DNA of 6,874 bases, from IMG/VR virus record IMGVR_UViG_2663763280_000005, positions 1 through 6,874 of that record; one strand, given 5' to 3'. The notes beneath the pieces are model-generated. The model searched no databases. It worked only from the letters and a program-made list of their open reading frames with translations, and was not told where the DNA came from. The DNA comes from a virus (Duplodnaviria; Heunggongvirae; Uroviricota; Caudoviricetes). The position numbers were made by a program, and so were the translations under genes. The first letter of the stretch is position 1. Each line of letters opens with the position of its first letter. This document shows positions 1 to 5,800 of this stretch, piece by piece.

Positions 1-1
1 A

Positions 2-234
2 GGTGTTCTGGTTAGAACGGGTGTATTTGGTCAGGTTGTAGATGTCGATACCTGCTTCACCCGGATACATCTCGTCTTCGTTAACTTTGATAACGATACG
101 GGAAGCATCCACGTACTGAACGACACCACCACGTTTAGCTACCGCAGTTACACCGGAGTCAACGGCAACAGCACGTTCCATACCAGTACCAACCAGCGGC
201 TTATCAGCGCGCAGAGTCGGAACGGCCTGACGTT
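2..234 (-). CDS. rpoB: DNA-directed RNA polymerase beta subunit, internal fragment (no start or stop in window)
   Basis: Minus-strand translation reads ...[78 protein letters not shown], which matches my recollection of the conserved central RpoB segment. Homology stops abruptly near 234, where the frame runs into unrelated MFS sequence. Confidence 0.85.
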
Positions 235-438
235 GGCGCCGTGCCGCGTTCTTTTTGTGCATACCAGTCGGTGATCGACTTTACTCCCGCAGGCATAAAT
301 GGCGCTTCGCCAATACCCAGACCGATACGCATTAAAATAAAGTGGCTAAAAGAATTAACCATTCCTGTTAATGCCTGCATTAATGACCAGAATATTAAGC
401 CTGCGCCTAAAACAATTCGTGGGCCAAAGCGGTCTAGC
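235..438 (-). CDS. MFS-superfamily transporter, internal fragment (sugar-acid/anion:cation symporter-like)
   Basis: Minus-strand translation [67 protein letters not shown] carries the MFS loop 2-3 signature (GxGxGEAP...ERG) and resembles E. coli DgoT/GudP-type transporters. It is bounded by the n run on one side and the rpoB junction on the other. Confidence 0.55.
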
Positions 439-456
439 NNNACNGNAANGNNGNNN
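439..456. other. Run of ambiguous bases (n interleaved with a few called bases): assembly gap or low-quality join
   Basis: Sequence is nnnacngnaangnngnnn; different genes on opposite strands lie on either side. Confidence 0.95.
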
Positions 457-724
457 AAGCCGTGGCCTGACCGCATTGTTGATGGCGCTGCTGGCCATTT
501 CATTAAGTCGGGTAAAACCGCGGCAAGGGCGATTTTCAACGTTATTGCCACTGACGTTGCTGTTTATTGCCATTTTTTATGGCGGCGACGTCTGCCGTAC
601 GCTGGTGGCTAACGGCGCGATTCCCCTCATTCCTGGTTTGTGGTTAGTACCCGGACTCATGCTAATGGGCCTGCTGATGCTGGTCGCACGCGACTTCTCT
701 TTGCTGCAGAAATTTTCCCGATGA
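457..724 (+). CDS. LptF/LptG (YjgP/YjgQ) family permease, C-terminal fragment (5' end lost in n run)
   Basis: Translation ...LLMALLAISLSRVKPRQGRFSTLLPLTLLFIAIFYGG...LLQKFSR* aligns by eye with the E. coli LptF C-terminus (...VPLSVVNPRQGRVLSMLPAMLLYLLFF...). The stop overlaps the next start as ATGA (721-724), as in lptF-lptG. Confidence 0.5.
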
Positions 725-1460
725 ATGTTTTCAGTCGCTATTTAATCCGTCATCTCTTTCTCGGTTTTGCCGCCGCCGCAGGGCTATTGCTGCCGCTTTT
801 TACCACCTTCAACCTGATTAACGAACTGGATGATGTCAGCCCGGGCGGTTATCGCTGGACTCAGGCGGTGCTGGTGGTGCTAATGACCTTACCGCGCACA
901 CTGGTCGAACTTTCGCCGTTTATCGCGTTATTGGGTGGTATTGTTGGACTGGGGCAGTTATCGAAAAACAGTGAGCTTACCGCCATTCGCAGCACGGGGT
1001 TTTCTATCTTCCGTATTGCACTGGTGGCGCTGGTTGCCGGGATATTGTGGACTGTTTCGTTAGGCGCGATAGATGAGTGGGTGGCGTCGCCATTGCAGCA
1101 ACAGGCGTTGCAAATCAAATCGACCGCCACCGCGTTGGGGGAGGACGATGATATTACCGGCAATATGCTGTGGGCCAGGCGCGGTAATGAATTTGTGACG
1201 GTGAAATCGCTGAATGAACAGGGCCAGCCTGTGGGCGTGGAGATATTTCATTATCGCGACGATCTCTCGCTCGAATCCTACATTTATGCACGCAGTGCCA
1301 CCATTGAAGACGACAAAACGTGGATTCTGCATGGTGTGAATCATAAAAAATGGCTGAATGGCAAAGAAACGCTGGAAATATTAGATAATCTTGCCTGGCA
1401 ATCGACATTCACCAGTATGAATCTTGAAGAACTGTCGATGCCGGGCAATAGCTTTTCCGT
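721..1460 (+). CDS. LptF/LptG (YjgP/YjgQ) family permease, 3'-truncated
   Basis: ATG at 721. Hydrophobic N-terminal region with the [12 protein letters not shown] motif (compare LptG SELVVMQASGF), followed by a soluble beta-rich domain. The expected C-terminal TM bundle is missing: homology ends near 1460 where the phage terL fragment begins. It is divergent from canonical E. coli LptG, so probably a paralog or from another genus. Confidence 0.55.
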
Positions 1461-1573
1461 TCGTGGCGCTGGCAGGCCTGAATCACAAACTGGCAGGCCA
1501 CAATCTTTCCCCGCACGACATCACGGGCATACTGATTGGCAGCATTTACGTTGGGGTAAGATTTCCGGCTCAT
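1461..1573 (-). pseudogene. Phage terminase large subunit, N-terminal fragment only (~37 codons)
   Basis: ATG at 1573..1571 overlaps the terS stop as ATGA. Translation [37 protein letters not shown] resembles the conserved TerL N-terminus (A.QYA.DV..G.I.AC..V..ACQRHL.DL). Similarity is lost after about codon 37 and the frame stops at codon 55. Confidence 0.4.
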
Positions 1574-2064
1574 GATTCGATGATTTTCAGAAACGGGTTA
1601 GTGGCTTTCTTCTGCCCCGCCAGGCCTATCAGACGCTGGCGGCTGCTGGGGTCGAGTCCGAGCATTGCCCCCGTGCTGCTCATCTCGGACTCCTGTTCTT
1701 TCTTGGCGGTCAGCTCCGGGTTTTTGACCCTGCCGCCCATTGCGCCGGTGATGGTGTTGCCCTGGCTGGCAATATTTTTCACGGCACGTCGCCAGAACTC
1801 ATAGGCCACGCACCACCGCTCAAGTACCGCCAGGTCAGTCACGCACAGCAGGCCCTGACCGCAGAGTTCTTTGGTTGTCAGTTGCCACATGATCGTGGCG
1901 AGAGGGAGATCTTCTTCTGCGAACCACTCCGGTGGCTCAACACCTTTGATGGGCGTAAAAACAGGTTCATCTTTATTCAGGGCTCGCTTGCCGGGGTTTC
2001 CGGCCAGCGCCTTGCGCGCCGTTGGCTTGGGGCGACGCCCGGAACGCCCCGCCGTTCCAGCCAT
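1570..2064 (-). CDS. Phage terminase small subunit (P27 family)
   Basis: Translation [36 protein letters not shown]... is typical of the P27-family TerS N-terminus. AGGAG lies 8 nt upstream of the ATG at 2064. The upstream GTG at 2073 lacks an RBS. Confidence 0.85.
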
Positions 2065-2114
2065 ATGCGGCACTCCTGGTTAAATTTCATTTTTCGCGGG
2101 TATAAAAAAACGAT

Positions 2115-2163
2115 GGGGCGGGCAGTCCGGAAGACGTCAGGTCACAGGGATTTGACCCGCCCC
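2115..2163. repeat. GC-rich inverted-repeat element in the HNH-terS intergenic region; candidate cos (cohesive-end) site
   Basis: ggggcggg (2115-2122) pairs with cccgcccc (2156-2163). Inside are the palindrome gacgtc (2133-2138) and the pair ggtca (2140-2144) / tgacc (2153-2157). In HK97-like phages cos lies between the HNH gene and terS. Confidence 0.3.
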
Positions 2164-2189
2164 TCCCCTCAGACAGTTGAGAATTATTA

Positions 2190-2540
2190 TCACTTCAGCC
2201 GTTCACGGGCCGTCTTCGCCTTATGACACGGCCAGCACAGACTCTGCAGATTACAGTCGGCATCAGTGCCGCCATGCGCTTTAGGGATGATGTGGTCAAC
2301 GGCTTTCGCCTCACGCACCACACCGGCACGCAGACATAACTGACACAGGCCTTTGTCACGCTTCAGGACACGCGCGCGGATACTGTCCCACTTCGAACCG
2401 TAGCCGCGCTGATGACGGGATTGTCTAGGTTTGTATTGCTTCCAGCCTTCGCTTTTGTGGCTTTCGCAGTAGCCTGACGGGTCAGTCGTGGTATGGCGGC
2501 AACCGCGAACACGGCAGGCTTTTGGGATTCGTGGCGGCAT
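2190..2540 (-). CDS. Phage HNH endonuclease (packaging-associated)
   Basis: N-terminal Cys-rich zinc ribbon (CRVRGCRH...YCESH) and HNH core (VDHIIPKAHGGTDADCNLQSLCWPCHKAK). Start assigned to the ATG at 2540 (MPPRIPK), because the longer ORF to 2591 would run through the terminator hairpin. Confidence 0.85.
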   Translation of the reverse strand: MPPRIPKACRVRGCRHTTTDPSGYCESHKSEGWKQYKPRQSRHQRGYGSKWDSIRARVLKRDKGLCQLCLRAGVVREAKAVDHIIPKAHGGTDADCNLQSLCWPCHKAKTARERLK

Positions 2541-2575
2541 TGAAGACTCTCTTTGATGTGCATGTGTGGTGCGCA

Positions 2576-2600
2576 TAAAAAAGCCCCGCATGTGCGAGGC
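2576..2600 (-). terminator. Rho-independent terminator ending the AT-rich three-gene operon
   Basis: Minus-strand RNA is GCCUCGC-ACAU-GCGGGGC followed by UUUUUUA: a 7-bp GC-rich stem with one U-G wobble. On the plus strand the same position is a C-A mismatch, so the hairpin is better on the minus strand. It lies 26 nt downstream of the gene C stop. Confidence 0.6.
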
Positions 2601-2625
2601 TAATGATTTGCATAAATTTGTTGTT

Positions 2626-2928
2626 TCAGTCTAGCTTTATAAGTTTTACGGGTTTCTCGCCTGCTTCTACACACCAGTTGTTGTACTCATGTACAGCTCG
2701 CATCAGCTCACCATCATAGTGACCAACCTTCTCTACAAGGGATGTAAGCGATTGGGGGTTGAATTCAACAATTTCTGGTGGGATGAGGTTTACATTCCCT
2801 TTCTGATGAAGGGCATAGACAGCAGTACGTAAATCACCAATAGCTTTCATTCGTTCAGCATGAAGATCTTTGATCTTTTCATTAAGGATTTTGCAGCGAC
2901 CTATTGCTTCATAATTCAGTTCAGACAT
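2626..2928 (-). CDS. Hypothetical protein, 100 aa (moron operon gene C), no recognised family
   Basis: ATG at 2928 preceded by AGGAGG with a 5-nt spacer. AT-rich codon usage matches genes A and B. Translation MSELNYEAIGRCKILNEKIKDLHAERMKAIGDL... is a soluble, helix-prone sequence. Confidence 0.6.
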   Translation of the reverse strand: MSELNYEAIGRCKILNEKIKDLHAERMKAIGDLRTAVYALHQKGNVNLIPPEIVEFNPQSLTSLVEKVGHYDGELMRAVHEYNNWCVEAGEKPVKLIKLD

Positions 2929-2973
2929 TCTGCCCTCCTATTAAAATTCGTTATCTTTAGAGATAACTCTATA

Positions 2974-3360
2974 TTAAGAATGATTTTCTTTATCCTTAAA
3001 ATAATACCCAATTATAAATCCTAATGAAGTACCAAGGGCAGTAATCATTATTGACAATACCTTTTCCAGCTCGAGTGGCTTTAAATATTGAACGTAATCA
3101 TCAACACCTTTGCTCTTTAACTCTAAAGCCCAATTCACAACAGAATTATTATACCAAAGAACAAAAAGACAGCTAAAAATAAGAAGGCAAAAAAAGAACC
3201 AGAGAAACGTAATAGTTAAGGCGCTTCGTGTTTTACCATCAGTATGCTTAGAGTTAACAGCATTTTCCTCTGCTTTTCCAGCTGACTCTTCAATTTTTTT
3301 ATTTTCGATCCTGGCTACTTTTAATCTATCAAGGATGCTTCCAACATCTTCAATCGACAT
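2974..3360 (-). CDS. Hypothetical small membrane protein, 128 aa, two predicted TM helices (moron operon gene B)
   Basis: ATG at 3360 preceded by GGGAGGG 7 nt upstream. It overlaps the gene A stop by 11 nt. Hydrophobic stretches are ALTITFLWFFFCLLIFSCLFVLWY and VLSIMITALGTSLGFIIGYYF. The ORF-track start (TTG at 3378) is less likely. Confidence 0.6.
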   Translation of the reverse strand: MSIEDVGSILDRLKVARIENKKIEESAGKAEENAVNSKHTDGKTRSALTITFLWFFFCLLIFSCLFVLWYNNSVVNWALELKSKGVDDYVQYLKPLELEKVLSIMITALGTSLGFIIGYYFKDKENHS

Positions 3361-3661
3361 TTGAATTCCCTCCCGCAATTTTAGATAAGGAGTTCATAGC
3401 CTCAACATAGTCTGAACTTAAAGACTCATTATATTTTTCAATACTCGAAATTCCATTTTTCACAACTGGGCTAATTTTTATGTAGAGAGCAACCTGTCCT
3501 TTTTCAAACTCAGAGAGATTATCACCAGAGTTTTTGCGGATATCCTCAATTGAGTTCAATAGCTCTGTAATAAGAACCATGTGAGCATCAGCCATCGCAG
3601 CAGATGCTGCTCTGAACTCCGCAATCTTTTCAATAGCTTGTTTGATTTTTATGTTTGACAT
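3350..3661 (-). CDS. Hypothetical protein, 103 aa (moron operon gene A), no recognised family
   Basis: ATG at 3661 preceded by GGAGA 6 nt upstream. Translation MSNIKIKQAIEKIAEFRAASAAMADAHMVLITELLNSIEDIRKNSG... is soluble and helix-prone. It is the first gene downstream of an AT-rich non-coding leader. Confidence 0.6.
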   Translation of the reverse strand: MSNIKIKQAIEKIAEFRAASAAMADAHMVLITELLNSIEDIRKNSGDNLSEFEKGQVALYIKISPVVKNGISSIEKYNESLSSDYVEAMNSLSKIAGGNSNVD

Positions 3662-3922
3662 ATTATCTCCATCATATAATGTTCATATTCTCTCACTTAT
3701 CATCAAAAATGACAAGCTAAGGGAACCACTTAATTTATATGTGGAAAGAATGATTAAATTTTTCAATCTTAATATATACATCACATCAATTATTAAAAGT
3801 AACAAAACACTTGTCTACTTATAACTTTATTGTTTTTCATATTTAGGTAAGCATGAGCAATAATTATATCGTATTCTGTGTGGTATATTATATTCATCTA
3901 CTAACAAGAAAAATATACCACT
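3662..3922 (-). promoter_or_regulatory. AT-rich non-coding leader; probable promoter/operator region for the three-gene operon
   Basis: About 260 nt with no convincing ORF and several TATA-like hexamers on the minus strand. Contains a 9-bp perfect inverted repeat, gtggtatat (3880-3888) / atataccac (3913-3921). I could not pin down a single -35/-10 pair. Confidence 0.3.
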
Positions 3923-4193
3923 TCAAATTGTACGTTTGTATTTCTTATGCATACCGCGCTCAACAGAGTCACCAGGAATATGGTTAATAGTCTGCTGTAT
4001 ATTTCTGGCCTCTTCCGTTGCCTCTACACGGTGTCCTGCTGCTGAGTGCTTAGCCGCTGCGTTAACTTCAGTGTATAACAGAGCAGTTTTAACCTCTTCT
4101 TTTACTAGTGCCACGGATACGCCCTAGGCCAACAACTCCAGCGATAACAGTGATAACCAAAGCAACCAGTCCAATAAATCTTTCGATACTCAT
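3923..4193 (-). pseudogene. Possible frameshifted gene for a small membrane-anchored protein (two overlapping frames)
   Basis: ATG at 4193 gives MSIERFIGLVALVITVIAGVVGLGRIRGTSKRRG* (stop 4091..4089). A +1 frame opens 4 codons before the track's GTG at 4114 and gives ...ALVKEEVKTALLYTEVNAAAKHSAAGHRVEATEEARNIQQTINHIPGDSVERGMHKKYKRTI* (to 3923). One indel near 4110-4125 would fuse them into a protein of about 90 aa with an N-terminal TM anchor. No clear SD precedes the ATG at 4193. Confidence 0.3.
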
Positions 4194-4270
4194 TGCATCA
4201 GAACAGATTTTGCCAAATTAACAGAACGGGCGTGGTATAACACTTCGAAAACACGATCAATCTGCCTCTT

Positions 4271-4708
4271 TTAATTCATGCATTGAGTTCTGATGTATTC
4301 CTGTAGGTAATTAACCTGTGCGGTTATCCTGTCGATTCCACTTCGGAGACGGTAATAATTGAATTCAGCATCTGCTGTAAGTCCTGGGCTTTCTCCATCG
4401 CCCATGCCGCTGGCTCTGGTCGTTGATTTTGCACAGGTGGCGGCGACTTGCAGGCGCTTACGCCCAGAAGAAACATCAGCACGGAGACTTTCGATAGTCG
4501 CGTTAGCATCAGCAAGCTCCTTTGTGTATCTGGCGTCGAGTTCTGCTACATCACGTTGACGCTTCTGCATATCAGCGATGATGGATGTGGCTTTATCGCG
4601 CTGTTCTTTGTAGGTAATGGCGTTATCACGGTAATGATTAACAGCCCATGACAGGCAGACGATGATGCAGATAACAAGAGCGGAGATAATCGCGGTGACT
4701 CTGCTCAT
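4271..4708 (-). CDS. Rz: Spanin inner-membrane subunit (i-spanin) Rz
   Basis: N-terminus [34 protein letters not shown] matches lambda Rz as I recall it. ATG overlaps the R stop as ATGA (4705-4708). The C-terminal half diverges from lambda Rz. Confidence 0.9.
   Translation of the reverse strand: MSRVTAIISALVICIIVCLSWAVNHYRDNAITYKEQRDKATSIIADMQKRQRDVAELDARYTKELADANATIESLRADVSSGRKRLQVAATCAKSTTRASGMGDGESPGLTADAEFNYYRLRSGIDRITAQVNYLQEYIRTQCMN
4324..4515 (-). CDS. Rz1: Spanin outer-membrane lipoprotein (o-spanin) Rz1, embedded in the +1 frame of Rz
   Basis: Translation [22 protein letters not shown]|[13 protein letters not shown]... has a signal peptide, a lipobox (LLGVSAC) and a proline-rich mature region, and lies wholly inside Rz in a different frame, as with lambda Rz1. 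Confidence 0.7.
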   Translation of the reverse strand: MLMLTRLSKVSVLMFLLGVSACKSPPPVQNQRPEPAAWAMEKAQDLQQMLNSIITVSEVESTG

Positions 4709-5181
4709 GCCTCAATCTCTCTTACCGTTCCGCCAGCTTCTTTGAATTTTGCAATCAGGCTGTCAGCCTTATGCTCGAACTGACCGTAACCAGCCCCCGG
4801 CAGTGAAGCCCAGATATTGCTGCAACGGTCGATAGCCTGACGAATATCGCCGCGATCAATCATTGGTAAAGCGCCACGCTCTTTAATCTGCTGCAGCGCA
4901 ACAGCATCCTGGCTTTTCGGAGAGAAGTCTTTCAGGCCAAGCTGCTTACGGTAGGCATCCCACCAACGGGAAAGAAGCTGGTAGCGTCCGGCGGCTGTTG
5001 ATTTGAGTTTGGGGTTTAGCGTGACAAGTTTGCGAGGGTGATCGGAGTAATCAGTGAAGAGTTCACCACCGACAATAACGTCATAACCGTGGTTACGTGT
5101 CGGTTGTCGTCCGTTATCCGTTCCTTCTGACCAAGCCACCATATCAAGGAAAGCTTTACGCTGGGAATTTAGTACCTGCAT
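4705..5181 (-). CDS. R: Endolysin, lambda R-type lytic transglycosylase
   Basis: The 158-aa product [61 protein letters not shown]... is near-identical to lambda R ([42 protein letters not shown]...). AAGGAG lies 6 nt upstream of the ATG at 5181. Confidence 0.95.
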   Translation of the reverse strand: MQVLNSQRKAFLDMVAWSEGTDNGRQPTRNHGYDVIVGGELFTDYSDHPRKLVTLNPKLKSTAAGRYQLLSRWWDAYRKQLGLKDFSPKSQDAVALQQIKERGALPMIDRGDIRQAIDRCSNIWASLPGAGYGQFEHKADSLIAKFKEAGGTVREIEA

Positions 5182-5184
5182 AAA

Positions 5185-5511
5185 TTACTCCTTAGAGCCA
5201 CCAAATTTGTTACCGATTACTCGCATTGCAGCCCCACGAATAGCATCGACACCGATCAGCCCCACCCCACCACCAATGGCAACAGAAAGTGATTTAGGCC
5301 ATCCGACATACTCAAGAGCGGATGCAAAGGTCAGCGTCAGAGCGCCACATAGCAAAATCTCAAGCGTTTTTCGCTTCCAGCCACCACCACCGCCAAAATA
5401 GGCGATGCGCAAACCAGCCATAACGATCGACATAATCACTGCGCCCAGCGGTGTGTCTCCACGCCACCAGCTCTGGACCAACTCCAACCAGGTATTTGGG
5501 TTATGAGGCAT
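5185..5511 (-). CDS. Holin (three-TM class I, lambda S-like architecture)
   Basis: 108 aa directly upstream of the endolysin, with a 3-nt gap. Three hydrophobic segments (PLGAVIMSIVMAGLRIAYF, LEILLCGALTLTFASALEYVG, LSVAIGGGVGLIGVDAI) and a charged C-terminal tail. There is no dual-start motif: the in-frame upstream codons are Q, L, stop. Confidence 0.75.
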   Translation of the reverse strand: MPHNPNTWLELVQSWWRGDTPLGAVIMSIVMAGLRIAYFGGGGGWKRKTLEILLCGALTLTFASALEYVGWPKSLSVAIGGGVGLIGVDAIRGAAMRVIGNKFGGSKE

Positions 5512-5650
5512 TTGTAGTTATCTCTCACCTCGCTGATACAGCAGGTGCAAATTGAGGGAACATCATGTACCGCAAATCAGAAGCGGAAACGTCAAAGAAG
5601 CCGAACCAATGGATAACTGCGGAATAGGCCAGAACCAACGAATCCCCAGC

Positions 5651-5684
5651 CCCAGAAACGACAAAACCCGCTCGACGCGGGTTT
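5651..5684 (-). terminator. Intrinsic terminator-like hairpin upstream of the holin (tR'-like late terminator candidate)
   Basis: Perfect 8-bp stem aaacccgc (5664-5671) / gcgggttt (5677-5684) with loop tcgac. On the minus-strand RNA it is followed by UUUUGUCGUUUCU (5663..5651). On the plus strand the T tract is shorter (tttaag). Confidence 0.45.
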
Positions 5685-5800
5685 AAGCTGTGTGGCGAAG
5701 TAACCACTCTTAACAGATTATGATAGTTTTTGCGTACGCGTTAGTAATTTATTATGCTCTTTACAATTGTTAGCTTAACCGCATGGAATTGACCAAAAAA

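Noticed and set aside
204-551. 115-aa minus-strand ORF from the six-frame track
   Set aside because: It is a composite: only about 235-438 is genuine MFS-transporter coding sequence. The N-terminal part is antisense to the LptF-like gene and runs through the n run, and the C-terminal [10 protein letters not shown] is rpoB DNA read out of frame.
241-724. Plus-strand ORFs 241..612 and 371..724 as full-length genes, and minus ORF 355..573
   Set aside because: The upstream parts are antisense to the MFS fragment or pass through ambiguous bases. Only the segment after the n run (457-724) shows LptF-like sequence.
861-1408. Three minus-strand ORFs (861..1163, 1060..1344, 1154..1408)
   Set aside because: They are antisense to the LptG-family gene, have Cys/His/Arg-rich low-complexity translations, and have no RBS or homology.
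1424-2226. Plus-strand ORFs 1424..1804, 1871..2083, 1882..2226
   Set aside because: They are antisense to the terL fragment, terS and the cos-like spacer. The reverse strand carries clear terminase homology, so these are shadow ORFs in GC-rich DNA.
2541-2591. Longer HNH start at 2591 (MRGFFMRTTHAHQRESS...) and alternative-frame ORF 2363..2563
   Set aside because: The extension would run through the terminator hairpin at 2576-2600. The ATG at 2540 is the plausible start. ORF 2363..2563 is an out-of-frame overlap within the HNH gene.
3110-3364. Plus-strand 84-aa ORF
   Set aside because: It is antisense to gene B, with no RBS. The AT-rich DNA allows long random frames.
3642-3824. Plus-strand 60-aa ORF in the AT-rich leader
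   Set aside because: It has a low-complexity I/L/N/K-rich translation typical of AT-rich non-coding DNA and no SD. The region is better explained as a promoter/leader.
3936-4127. Plus-strand 63-aa ORF
   Set aside because: It is antisense to the frameshifted small membrane-protein frames. The minus-strand reading has a credible TM anchor and matches the operon direction.
4359-4651. Plus-strand ORFs 4359..4559 and 4448..4651
   Set aside because: They are antisense to Rz/Rz1, which are securely identified.
5207-5401. Plus-strand 64-aa ORF
   Set aside because: It is antisense to the holin, with a Pro-rich shadow translation.
5525-5707. Minus-strand 60-aa ORF between holin and NA37 gene
   Set aside because: It spans the terminator hairpin, has no RBS and no recognisable features. 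The region is more plausibly a non-coding late leader.
5783-5800. Upstream ATG at 5783 as the NA37 start (MELTKKMSKV...)
   Set aside because: Alignment with YejK/NdpA (MSLDINQIALHQL...) favours the ATG at 5801. Neither start has a strong SD, so this is a judgement call.
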